Notes under the pieces: generated by a model
Database searches by the model: none
What the model was told of the DNA's origin: nothing
The model's input: the letters and a program-made list of their open reading frames with translations, nothing else
Assembly: GCA_965235115.1 (NCBI GenBank)
Contig: OZ249445.1
Span: 18,352,001-18,416,000, forward strand
Origin: Laetmonice hystrix
Taxonomy: Eukaryota
Direction of reading: 5' to 3'
Length of the DNA: 64,000 nucleotides
Program-made: the position numbers and the translations under genes
Shown here: piece by piece, positions 24,100 through 37,120 of the stretch
Layout: the number at the start of each line of letters is the position of its first letter
Position numbering within the stretch: the first letter of the stretch is position 1

Positions 24100-27000
24100 C
24101 AAGAAGATCCTAACAGACACATATGTCTAGTCCACAGTTCCATATTTCCAGCTTTCCATTACTCAGATGGAATTCCTGTGGTCTGCTATCAGGTTTGTAG
24201 TATCTTATCAAGTAATGGTATTTAATGCTGCATTGGTCCTTGTGTGTACCCAAACACTTGAGTGCAGGTTTGGCTGGCATGCCTGCCTGTCTCTTCTGGT
24301 CAAAGGGAACCTCCAGAACGGAAGTAGCCACATCCTCATGAGTGATAAAGTCCAGCTCATCCAATCGGCGACAAGCTTTCAACAGTGCTGACCAATGTTT
24401 GGTCTCGATATAAAGCAGTGTTGTCCGGAAAATTTTAACGGGGGGTGCACCTTTGTGTCTGGAGGTCGCAAGGGCAAAGAAGGACAACTTTAGAGGTTAA
24501 GTAGGTCACAATGTACATACATCCTTTTCCTCACATCCCTCTTGTGTATTGTAAGACGAACGTCTACAAATGACCCCCAACCTAAAGGAGTTTTAAATAA
24601 ATTCTCCCTGTATTTTAACGGCACTGAGGCCGTATGAAAATCACGGCCATTCTCATCCTGTGAAAGGGCAGGAACCCTTTAATCTCAGAAGCATCTATTC
24701 TGGTATAATCTGCCCTGACATTATTAAGGCACGTAAAAGGTACCTTGTACGCCACGGTGGGGCGAATGTGGAACGGGTCCTAGGTTGGCCTTTTAATATG
24801 ACTTGTTTTTAGTTTGGGTTAAGCTTAGCGAGGATATAAAAATATGCACACAACCTGAGATGAACTGTTGACAAAGTGTGCCTGCAGCGTCTTCTCGAAG
24901 CCGGTACATGGACCGTATACCTTAGCAAAGCGAGTAACCACTACCAAAGCACGAGCCGATATCAAGGAGGCATCAAGGACTGTTTGAGCCAGTGATCCAC
25001 ACTCAGCCAATGAGAACCATTTCCTAACAGCCCACAAAACGAGACCCCGGAATGTAAAACCTCCGAGGACCACCCTGCTGAGGCCACAACGACTTATACC
25101 CACCCCTGGAGATCAGACACAATAAACACAACACTTTTTTTTAAGTCAACAAAAAGTCCTACCGAGCACGGCATCGCCTTCACTAACTTGTGTATTATTT
25201 TGCTGAAGGCCCCCTCGGTGTTCTGGCCTTGTGAATGATACTCAGTGGGATGCGTTATTTCCTCAGACTACCTGGGAGTCTTCCAAAATCTCACCTTAAA
25301 GATTTATGAAAGGGTTCCCCTTCCCATCTTTTTCTTTCTCTCAAGACACTCTATGGCTACGTCGTTATCCGTGGAGAGAGCCTGCAGGGGTCAATTGAAC
25401 CAGGACAATTAAAGGCGGTGGCAGGACAAAAAAAGGCTGGCCTTGAATCACAATGATAACCTGGGCTAACACGGGGACACACGAGGTCAACGGCGCGTCC
25501 CTTTCCACTCGACGGCACCAGCCACTCCATACAATATAGCACACTCCTCACTAAAAAATACAAAGTCACGGGGCCGAGACGGCCTTCAGAAAAAAGTGCA
25601 GCACAACCTGCAGCGTGACCCTGACTATACAGCATTTGTCTGCTCACGTGTCGTCTGTGAAATCAACCATGAGGGACCGTCCTCATCACCACAAACCCAG
25701 GTCATGGATGCACGGCTATTTCTTCAATTTCTTTTTAAAATTTAGATGCTGTACAAATAATGAACGTAAATAACGTGAAGCCCTTTCTACTGAGGAAACT
25801 GGCATGAAATATCAGGGAAAAGGTTCCAGCAAAGCCGCCAAGCCTTGTATAGTTGCAGCATTAACATGCAATATAGCAATCAAACAACAGTCACAGTGCA
25901 TGTCAGTAGAAAAGAGCCGGTCAGATTTTAATGCATGTATGTCTATGTACACACATGTATCCCGGGTAATTTGGCTGTGGAATGAGCAATCAGACACAAG
26001 CATCCCACTGGCCCCTGAAGTAATTGCTCCTGGTATAGCCTTTTATAATGAACCCAAAGCCTGATAAAAGCTTCTCAGTCTGCTATTAGCTGCCACCCTT
26101 ACTTCTCTCAGATCAATACGGGCTGTAGACGAATCTTTCCCTCTTCTGTCCGAATCTTTGAAAATTGCCGTAATCACAGATCCAAGGTCCTTAGGTCCGA
26201 CATGAGATCTAACGCACATCTGGCATGGACCTGAATTGGCTACATTCCTCATTCTTTCATGTGATTCTTTTATATTTTTGTATGATCGAATCTGACCAGT
26301 GCGGATTCAAGCCGTGGCATGGCTTTCAGTGTCCAGTGACACCCCACTTTAGATCGGCCCCATAAAATCCCATGGTTTTCTGATTCCAACGGTGTTTGTC
26401 AATGGACAAACTAGAGTGCTGTCAGTGAGGGCTGTCAGCTGTCAGCCTGACCCAGGGTTGAGCCGCTGGGTTCAGCTGACCCCCGGGGCCACCGTCTCTA
26501 CCGGCGCCGCCCCAACCTCGACATCTGAAACACATTTCCTCCGGTGAAGGGACCTGCAAGTACTTGGCGGGCCCGGGGGCCACTCTTCTCTCATCTGCCC
26601 TATTGACCAACTCTAACTGTGCACTGCTGCCAGCTCCTCCCTCCACCCCCAACCTGTCTTCCCACATCTAATTACATTTCCACGGAGAAATCCTGTCGGA
26701 TATATAACAAATGTTCATGGTGACGGACACTCCGAGCAGCTGACCACTCAATAGTCTCCCCAGGGGGTCCGTTATTATAGACCAGGCTATGGAATTTATT
26801 ACTATCGGCGGAAAACACGGTGCAATAACAAATCAGGTGCAATATGAAATTCCTTCTATTTTCTGGTGTGCAGATGTTCCTTAATCACGTTCACGACAAA
26901 GGGCGTTGTGTGATTTGCGCCTCACACACACCAGAGACACAGACTGCAGTGCGTGACACGGTGGACACTGCATGTCCTCCATCCCCTCCTGCTCTCCGTG

Positions 27001-27200
27001 TAGCCCTTGCCACTTCCACTCCAGGGTCAATGATTGTTGGGTCCTCCGACATGTTACTTGGGAACCCCGCCCCCTCCACTGCCAGTGCACCACCACCACC
27101 CCAACTGAAGGACTCAGAGACGGAGGCCACTTGAGAACCTCTCCACAACCAATACCAACTTGTAGCCTCATGTATCACAACTGGTCAGGTGCATTATCAG
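24100..27200 (-). mobile_element. Decayed LINE (ORF1 remnant plus endonuclease), the one relic found in sense orientation to ephrin
   Basis: On the minus strand, in order: QCPPC (PHD-like, about 26960), ILHVNAAT (about 25870), AAGCAALF (like GGGVALF), VVLGGF (like GDFN, about 25070), LAQTV and HWSALL. Probably interrupted by a MITE at about 24416-24800. Confidence 0.45.
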
Positions 27201-27699
27201 TGGATAATTACCTCTCTCCCATGGCCTCATTCTCAGATTTTACTCTAATCTCTAGGCCCCCTTTCCAACACGTGTGTACAATATAGAGAAAAAACCCTTA
27301 CCAGGCACTGTACCGAATCAAACCTTTAATACTATATATATTTTTTTCTTACTAGTCGTTTTCAGATACAGCCCTAAAATAGTAGGACTTATCCCATCTA
27401 TCAAATCTAAACCACAGTAAATTCTACTCTTCCTTTTAAGATTTTTTTTTATAATAGCCCTCGGTCCTTCCAGTCAAAATATCTCATATTCCAATTATAA
27501 TTTTACAAGGAGTCATTTCCCTGACCCTCTTCAGATGACGTGCCCGCCGGTGTAGATGAAGAACCCAGTGAACTAGTTTTCGGTGTGGTCTCAGCTACCT
27601 TCCCCCACCAACCCCGCTTTGATGTCGGGAGAAGCCTTTGTAATTCGAGATCCTCCGTGTGAGAGAGATAACTCGCTCAGCTGATGACATCCTATTTCA

Positions 27700-29000
27700 G
27701 AATGGAAACAAGATGACTGCTACATTTATCTTTGACAGGGTGAACCAAGCTTTTTTATCGACACTAAGATATATGTGTCCAGATTGAAGAAACATGGTTG
27801 AAGTATTTGCATATAAACTGGTCTGCTCCTAGGGTGGCTGGAGGGCGCCTTTTTGTTGTTGTTCTCCTCAGTTGACTCGGTATATCTGTGAAGTTTATGA
27901 TGTCCATATCTGTTGGTATGTTTGAGATGATGGTTGCGTGCAGACTGAAGTGTGAGACAATCACTCGGCCACTTGGCGGCTCTGTAATAATGGCCCTGAC
28001 TTTGGCTCAATGTTGTCGGCCCCGACACACACTGTATATATGAGCAGTCCACAAACACAGCTCTAAATGGCCGCTGTCACGAAACCACCGGCCAGCCGCA
28101 GACCTGGCCATGGCCATCTGCGTGTGTGATCAGCTAAACCGTTCATTTTACTGGTGTCTGCATAGTCAGGCTTAAATGATACACGCAGATAATAATAATA
28201 TTGTCATGCTAAATTGAACTTACACACAATACTGGATAATAACGTTGACATGCTAAGTGAAACATGTACGTTATGGAAGAAAAATGAAAAAGGCTGTCCA
28301 GATATTGACAATGAATATTCCAATTCAAAAAGCTTAGGAATCCTTTTGAGATTGTTATTTGAGATAAATCTTTAAGCAAACAGATCTACAAGCAACGGGT
28401 ACCTTTAGTTCCCGTAAATATTGTCTTTTTTTAAAATACAAGACAACATTAAGAATTTGCAGAGATCTTCAGCTGCAATACCGAAGATAAAGCAGTTCTC
28501 CGTTATCGTCTCAAGTTTCGGAGTGGAAGAATGCAGTAAGATCCAAGTTCCTTGCGTCGCCTTGGGTTCATATGTGAGAGCAGGTCTTGATGGAATGTGA
28601 ACCCAGCCCGCGGCCACAGACTTCCTAATTAACCACAAGGCATGCCCTCCTCTCCCTGAGAGCTCCGTGCTAATTTCTAGCCAGCCTTTCCTCCCTAAAA
28701 ACAGGTGCTTTGCCTTGCTAATGGTGGTTCCGTCAACCTTGGTGGCAGCCTCCGAGTGCCTTGTCCCTCTCCATCAGTCCATCAGGCGCTGTGCAACTCA
28801 CGTGGCATAATTTGGATCAATTTGGGACTGGGTTATAAAAACGGACAAAGTGCAGCTGATTTGGAGTAAGAAACATCTGCTGCCGTGGCAGGACTGCTGG
28901 CGGTCTAATTACATATGGAGGCGATTGCCTCAGACTGAGTGGCAGAGCAAGACCCCAGACCAACGGCTATAAATGGAGATTACAACCAGTTAATCATTAT
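27700..29000 (+). mobile_element. Decayed LINE RT and C-terminal relic
   Basis: MTATFIFDRVNQAF (about 27711), NGPDFGSMLS (like GVPQGSIL, about 27987), ALGSYV (like YLGV) and LPWQD (like LxWxxL). Confidence 0.45.
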
Positions 29001-29749
29001 GATTTAAAAGACTTGACTGTGGGGGATATTTACAGGCACAATATCCTGTGGCTAATAACAAAAAGGCCACATGCTCTGATATAACAAAACAATGGTTTCT
29101 CATTTGACGTTCGCAGGGACAAAATAATGACATAGCTCACCTTCATAAATTTCTAAAATCAACAGTATGACAAACCCAACTACTGATTCAAACTGATAAA
29201 ATGCAGTGACTTCAGAAAAAAAAACAGAAGGGGAAAAGTGAGCTTTCGCCTAAAGCCGTAAAGACGAAGGTTACTGGTTGTGGAGCGGGTCTCTCGGTCC
29301 CAAGCCGACCGGGGGCCTTGGGTAACTCTGGCTCAATGTATCTTTGTCATCCTAGTACAGACACTTGTGGCTATACAACTCTTGATGTGGCAACCCTGAG
29401 GATTCCACGACACAATGACGTTAATTGATGACAGACTTCCATGTAAAAGGTTGTTAATCACAATGTGAAACTGAAATACCATAAAAATATCAAACGTACG
29501 TGATCTGTCATATGAACAAACATGTCACAGTCACTGTCTCTCCTTGCATGCTGACCTTTGAGTTGGCAGGAAAACGACCGCTTGGTACCAGTTGACATTT
29601 CATTCTTCACAAATCTACGTCAGTTAACTTTTGCCATGAAGTTTTTCGTTCCCAATTATGAACTACCTATTTGGCTATTTCAGCTTATGATGAAAGTCAA
29701 CTCCAAACAGATGCAAGCTTGCCACATCAGTCTCAATCATTGAAACGGC

Positions 29750-31900
29750 ATCTCCCCAACACGCACACTTAACCAGTCCCTCCGCAACACTAATCTAATA
29801 ACGCAACCTTCAACAAATTGCCCCAAAATGATGACAAAATGTGATTTATCGGATTGATCACATTGCCCCACATCACTCAATCCCTGACACTGGTCAATCC
29901 ACACTGAGTCACTAAGAACTGAGTGAGTGCCCATTGTTCTCCTGTTGAGTATCAGTGTGAAATCGGCTACGGACACGATCCCATATATTTTTTTCACGAC
30001 CGGCCCTCGTGTTGAAGGCAGCTGTATAGTGATGTATGGAGCCCTCAGAGATGTAACACGTAGCCTGAGGCCAGCCAAGCTGGACCCGGTCATTTCATTG
30101 TGTTTTCACTGGCCACGACCGCCTATTGCTGCCTGCACAGAGATGTACCTTCACACTTCGCTCGCAGACTGGCAATCATTTTCAATGTCTCTATACCAAT
30201 CTAAGTGTTGCTGTCACTTTGTACTCCTCAAATAAAAAAGCTTCAGCTCAGGGTTAGTCTTGACATCGGTGTAAAAACAGGTTGATAAGTGCTTTATCAA
30301 CTATTACTTTGTCTACAATGACACTAATTCAAACTCCCACAGATTAGGCCACTAAGCACCTATGGATACAGTCACTAACAAAATGACATCTCCAGATGCT
30401 TAGTGCAGGCCACAGGATGTCATGAGGGCCCGTCTAATTTTACGCAAACAATACAAAACAATGTAAACGTATGTTTATCTTCCACTTTTACAATGTCACA
30501 CTGTGACTGCCCTACCAGCACAATTTCAAGTTATATGCTGGTACTCAAATTGGAGACCACACTTGATGGAAGTCAATGCTGTCTTTGTTACCTGGTCATT
30601 ATTTTCCTTGCAATTTTGTGACCAAAAGTGTCTGAATAATAGTCTAACTTGAGAATTCCTCTTTTTTTAGATATAAAAAGTATGCAGGACGGTTGCCTTC
30701 GGAGTGGCATACCATCACCATATGCTGCGAGGGCACTCGCCCCTTCACATTCCTTCCAGTACAAAGAAAGGAAAAAAAGAAAAAAGTATGCATAGCTATC
30801 AGTTTACATATATTGGTTTGATCCAACCAGCCAAGAGTCTGTCTGTCAGCCAACAGGCACCAACTATCGGTCCTGAAATATGCCTCATAAGTTCGAGAAC
30901 CATCGCCAATGACAAAGACAATGTTTTATCACTGCCCCCAAGTGTGACAACATTTTCTGTCCACTTCATGAAGGCCCACTTGGAAAGCTGATGTCAGTTT
31001 TAACTAAGGCCAATCTCCAAGCCTAGACAAGGGGGTGTTTTTCTCCTTCTAAATTTATCATACACTGTCAGACACTAGTTAGATTTACATCTATTATGTA
31101 GGCAAAGAAAGCCATACCTGTCAGAATTGATCGGTTTCATTATTATTATTATTTTATTACCTTTACAGCTTTCTAACACAGGAACTTGTTATCTATACCT
31201 TAGACTGAACAAAGACCACCAACTGTTGAAACAGAAGGAAAAGTTCTGTAATATTGATGAAATATTTTAACAGAACATTTCACAGTTACAACTTCCCACG
31301 GCATTCCCAATGCAAATCATCCCCAACCACACACCTATTGTACATAATACGAGAGCATATATTCACCCACATATACGCACACACAAATTCCATTGTCTGT
31401 GTTCCTCTCATTCTTTTGCCAAAACAAACTTGTCTGTATCTACATATTTACCCTGGATAAATGTGGCTTGGCTTTACTCTGCAAACAGTGTGGACAATCC
31501 ACCTTACAAGCTTGGTGATTTATCTATGGAGAGCATGGGAGAAATTCTTTATCTCGGCTTGTGGAGATCTCCCTCTCCACACCTGCACCGCCTTCCTGTC
31601 CCCTGACTGTAGTGTTGACCAGTGGTCAACTGGAAGTGTCCAGTCGCTATGACCACCCACTGTGGGTTGACACTTCATCTCACGGGTGGGGCGCGATGGG
31701 GGATGGGTTCTGAGAATTAAATGACACCCCTGTAAACCCTAACACCTGAAAACAAACTGAAGGTACTCCATGTCACCGAAGTGAATTGTGTCTTGTCGTA
31801 CCTGCGGCGTCAGGTTACTGATTAGACGTGCCTGACACAGGTTCTTGTGTAAAGAACTACTCTAATCTGGATCTGGCTAATGGGGAAAATACATAACAGT
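29750..31900 (+). mobile_element. Decayed CR1/L2-type LINE (EN end to RT)
   Basis: LITQPST (about 29795), FTYIG (about 30803), SMESMGEILYLG (about 31524), LSYLRRQ (like SYLxxRxQ, about 31793) and VPDTGS. Confidence 0.55.
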
Positions 31901-34199
31901 CGTGTATCAGGTCTGTCCAGTAGACATATACTGGTGACACACTGGGTGGACACGCGAATTCATGCAAGATATTGAACTTTTTCTAACCTTTTGTGACACG
32001 TTGAAACCCCACGTAAATAACAATCCATGGCATTTAGAACGCTTAATTATTTAAATGTACAAACAACATGTAAGAATTGTTCATCGCTTACAATTAATTA
32101 CTTTATGAATTACTTCTGCGTCCTTTCCTCGATGTTTCAGTAAAGTGCACATGCATCTAATGCATGTACATTGGTACGGCTCAATATAGCGGCGGCCTTG
32201 AACATACATACCGGTATTGGTCGGGCACATCGACACACAACATTACTGATCCCTGTGTATTTGGGGGATACACACAAAACACATCACACGCTTGGCACAC
32301 TCCATTACACACGGCATAGATCACACACACATACAGTGGTCTACGTTACACTTACTAACATCGCCGTGTGTGTGTGGATTTTGATGGGCTTGTCCCACCA
32401 TCGTACACCAGCTACCCTAGTGGGAGGTCGCAGAACTACAGCACTGACCAGACTGCCTTTCTGAGTCCGACTACAATCACTACAATGGCCCGGGCCACCA
32501 CAAAGGTAGCGAGTTTTCTGTGGCCGGCGTCATCTCCCCGGGGTTCAGTGGCACTGCGCCCGGCGGCACAGGGAGCCGGACGCCTTGCCGCATCCCGACC
32601 CCGCCCGCCATGGGGTTATATAGAGAGGGGGCACTGCGGCTGACTGGACGCCAAGGGTTTGGGTATAATGAGGCAAGTATCGGCCCCAGCCATCACTGGA
32701 CACACCAACTGACATGCTGGCCAGGCGCACTGCTAATTGTCTGCCGCTCATTTAGGGTCCAATTAGTGACAGGGCAGTTTGGCCCTTGCTAACAATGCCA
32801 GGGACATGGCCCCAACCGGCGGGGCGCGAGGAAGCACTTTCCCTTGATGAGCCCCTCCCCAGCAGAAAACAATGGCGAACCCTCTGAGGACTCTGTCGCT
32901 TGGCAGGTCGTGATAATATACCACCATTCTTAGTTGGCAGCTAGTTGTGCCATCGCGGATGGCACATGAAACATGGCACATGAAACACATGCTTCCCAGC
33001 CAGAAAACGGCCAGCAGCGAGGCACAAATATGGGTCAACGTGATATTAGTCTACTTGTCCGCCGATATTGTTTTATTATCAAATTATAAATATGTCTGGT
33101 TTTATTAGCACTTCAGACCGGATGGACTCTGATATATGGCAGAATAAGTGACAAGAAGTGACATGTCCCCGTCAACTGGGGGCTTAATCTCATCCGTGAT
33201 TACCACAGTCCCACCGAGTGTCACCATCACTGACGCTCTGACGCCACACCAAAAAAAAACACAAAACAAATAAACAAGAATTTAAGAAATTTTACAAAAA
33301 CAGGTACCCATCTCATCATGAAAATTCACATGTGCATTCTGATTCACAGGAGAGGTCCATTATTAATATTCAACACAGGATAACCTGAGCATATTTTCAG
33401 GCCTTGCGCGTAGTGTACTCATGACTTAGCATCCAAGCAGTGAAAAGCATGGGGAGCCCGGCTTCAGTGGGGCCATGTAGTACACAAAGGCTGCAGAATC
33501 TGGGTACCTGAGTGGGCCACCTGGGCATCAGATCAGCAGATTAGTGCTGAGGCTTATAATTGCATTACATGCTTTAGGTGGGTAAACCTTGGTTTACTTG
33601 GTACCCCTACACACATGCTTTTATGTCCCTTTCTCTCCCTGAAAGAACCGCATACCCTTTCAGCAAATGCACGGAGGAGTAAGACAAACCGAAGTAAAAA
33701 AATATATCTTAGGTTTAAGCACACAAGGGGCCCACAGGAGAATAAGGATGATCCATATTCTGATCATGGAAAACAAGCAACGCCTATACGTATGTTCTCA
33801 CCAGCTTCCTGGGAGGGCAGACAGGCGAGATGTTGGACGTGCGGCAAGGTTGGCAAACAGCAGGGCTGCGGCCAGGCTGGTACCGTTCAGGCGAACAGAC
33901 CCATGTTAGGTCAGTCAACGGTTGGTTAGAGCCTGACACTATGGCCTTTCACGGTGTTACTGACAACTGAGCCTCACAGGGCACGGTCTATAGGCACAGA
34001 AACTCAATATCTCAAGTTTAACATTTAAATACCATCAATAAGTTGATATATTCTCAACTCTCAATACTCTATGAGAAAATGTTATATCTTTCCAAGGCAT
34101 ATAGGAACAGTGCTCAAATAAACTAAGCAGTAAAGCAAAGCCCGCTCAAACAGAACTCATTCCTTCAGTCGACCATTTGTTACCAAAGGAATTTCAAGG

Positions 34200-34700
34200 T
34201 CGGTCAATAAGTTGCCATTTTCCAATAAACTCCTCATTTCCCAATCCCACTGTATATTGTTGACAGATATTCAATGGCCGGTTAAGCCCCCCAAACAAAG
34301 CAAGGCGGCCAGTTGAGCAGCGAGTATCTACCAGACTGAGCGCCAACAAAAGGCCGGTTGGTGAGGCAGGCGGCGCTGTCGTCCATACCTTACTCAAGCA
34401 GTACCTACTCCTTCTTCAGTCGGTTTTAAAGGGTGAACCATGGCCGTCCCCGGGTGCTCATCGATCACCTTCCAATTGAGACTTCCGACAGTGGTGTTCT
34501 CTGGAGTCCGATGCCAGTTAAGGCGCACTGCTAGTATACCTGCTTCAGCAAATGGTCCCCCCTGAGCAAGGACATCGATTAAGTCTGTGTGACCAGAGGG
34601 TCCTCGCTCTGTCTACCATTGATTCTCCGTCCCAGCTAATGGATCGAGATCAATCACACAACAACCATTGATCAGCAAAGATTAGATGAACTAGCCATTG
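34200..34700 (+). mobile_element. LINE RT fragment
   Basis: QIFNGRLS (about 34265) and TRGSSLCLPL (like PQGSxLxPL, about 34590). Confidence 0.35.
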
Positions 34701-36154
34701 TACAACAAAAATCACCAGTACTCGAATAGTATTTCATACAGTGTCTTCTTCCTTTCTCACCACTGAATGGATATCATTATTCTTAGGACACTTTTTTTCA
34801 CAACAAATCTAACGTTCATTAGACTCTCTCAGTCTCAGGTTGAACATATACAATCCACATATATTGTAATTTTTTTCACTGACACTTTTATGAGTACTAA
34901 ATAACTCCATTTTTTACTCCTGAGTAGTATGAGGGCATCATACTATTCTCCTGTCACCGAATTTGTCTTCTATATATTCCACTCAAGGGCAGACTCCCGG
35001 GAACTTGAACTTGAAAGAAAACCCACAGATAATGAACTGACTTCTTCAGTTCCACAGATTTATCACAGGACTCGGTATCATTGACTGTGGACAAACTTAT
35101 ATTGTCTGTATGGGCCTCAAAAGGAGAAACTGAAGCTAAGTCTAGTTACTAGACTGTGACGTCTTGACAGAACACCAAAACTAGGATAGGAGTAAACATC
35201 AAAGGCACCGCCCCTCAGGGCCCTCCAATGTTACCCATGTCTATGTTGCTTTCACCAGTATTTGGCTTTAAATACTACGGTCTGAAACAAGATACCCACT
35301 TCTTGTTTGAAAGAAACCCCACAGAAATTACATACGTTCAATATATCACATATACATATCTTCAATCTGAATTATCATAATCCTAATGCATGTATGACCA
35401 TATTATATTCCCCTTCTCATATGCGATTCATATGGAAAGGGTGGGTGAATGCGACTATACAAAATACCTTTGGGCGGTCAGCCTTATTGAGGCAACAAAA
35501 AAGTGCTCTGAAATCCTGAGTATAAAAACGTACGGGGCAATGGGAGGGAATGGGGTTCTGTCCTAAGTTTGGATATACATTATTGGTATGATATACGTAA
35601 TGGTACACCAAACAATGCAACATCGCAAGAAACCTGTCGTGAAACTGAAGTAATACTTATACTACTTTCTTTTTACATGGTATGCAACAACATAATACCG
35701 ATAAAAGTAAACTTTTGAAACAAACTGTGGGGCCCCTTCTGGTCCTCACAGGGCCGCCTGTGAGAGCAGGAGAACGACCGACCGGGTAGAGAGAGGGGCG
35801 GCTGGCCGGCCGGGTACTCGGTGCCGTGCACCTAGAGACGGCCGGGCCAGCTGCTCCCCTCCCGGCCGTGCGAGGCGACAGTCCGGGCAGGCCGTATGGC
35901 ACACCGCCACGGCCCTACACTCACTGACTGACGGCGGGTCTCGCTACGTAACCCCGCCGAGCACTGCGTCCACCTCGTGTGATTAAAGGCCAACAGAATA
36001 TTAACCACGCCTTATAAATCTATCGTATTCCATGGTAAAACCTCCGTGTCATATCTAACAAACGAATCCACTGCTTGAATATCACATGTAAAACACATCC
36101 AAGAATATTTCACCGTCGAAACTGTAGAGAACTAGAGATGAAAACGGCACTCAC

Positions 36155-36255
36155 ATTGGATTGGACTGATTCCAATGTATGGGTGGAAGGATGAGACAAT
36201 CCACGACGACTCCGAGGAGAATCGTCCACCAAGCACACAGTAAACCCCAAGGCAT
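36155..36255 (-). CDS. EFN: Ephrin, first coding exon (signal peptide plus start of the receptor-binding domain)
   Basis: The minus strand reads ttcaccATG (Kozak-like) MPWGLLCAWWTILLGVVVDCLILPPIHWNQSNP+AT, then the donor AAT|GTGAGT (36154). A hydrophobic leader followed by (L)xPI(H/Y)WNxSNPxF is the hallmark ephrin N-terminus, and a phase-2 intron at this position matches ephrin-B gene structure as I recall it. Confidence 0.75.
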
Positions 36256-36429
36256 GGTGAATCCACCTCGTAAACAGGTCCTTTCGAGCAAGCACAGCGT
36301 CAACCGGGCACACGAACTCCTCACATCAGTGTAGAATCCTTGAAATATACAGCCACAAAGTTGAGACTACATACGGCAAGTGCCCTCCTCCGCCCATGAA
36401 TCAACTCACACTGACAACATGCTTACGGC

Positions 36430-37120
36430 TCCCGTGGTCACGTGGGCAAATTATTGGTGCCGGAGTCCGCCAGGGGATTGGGCGACGGCCTGCATCGGGG
36501 GCGGACCATCGACCAATCAGAGCGACGCTCGTACCCCAGCGTCTCTCGCTATATGCGGCACAAGGCAATAAAAACATACGTGATCCACCGCTGGCGGCTA
36601 CTTGGTTACAGTTTGTGTGACTGAGCACACAGCTACACAGTCGCGAACCATATAGGTGCCTCGTCGACATATCATTTCCCAAATCCCTTACCGAAAACTG
36701 CTTTACTCTAAAGTCGTGCCTACTCAACTGCACTGGCACAGCAGCAGCACTTGCCCGCAAAGGTTGTCCCCGCTTGCTTTCCCCGATAGTTTACGTTATA
36801 GATTCCAGACTCCCTCCCATGCACACTTCTTAACCTGCTTTCTAGGTTTGTAGGTTTGTGTATGACAATAAACTTATCATTCAGACCGGGATGAAATAAG
36901 TCATCTTCCTTCCACCTCCACGAACGCTGGCCAGCACCTGTCACTGGCGCGCTGCAGGTGCCCGATCAGATCTGGGCGCTGATTGGTCGAAAAGTTGACG
37001 GGCTGAACAGGGGACCAGCATAGAGCACGAGCGTATTTTAACCAATAGAATCACTCCTTTTTCGTCACCTCCGACTTGCCAGAACAGAAACTTCCGTCCA
37101 ACATGGCAGCACTTCCGAAG
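36430..37120. promoter_or_regulatory. Divergent (bidirectional) CpG-rich promoter region between the ephrin and leprecan genes
   Basis: E-box CACGTG at 36439, GC box GGGGCGG at about 36497, CCAAT boxes at 36513 (+), 36982 (-) and 37042 (+), ETS-like ACTTCCG at about 37090 and 37111, and YY1-like AACATGGC over the leprecan ATG. The two start codons are 848 bp apart. Confidence 0.65.

Noticed and set aside
33204-33238. 34-nt minus-strand micro-exon candidate after a T-rich tract
   Set aside because: It has no ephrin similarity and only a modest donor, so it cannot be supported without transcripts.
36110-36944. FKBP10-like head-to-head partner (as for human P3H4)
   Set aside because: No FKBP domain sequence was found on the minus strand; the divergent exon matches ephrin instead.
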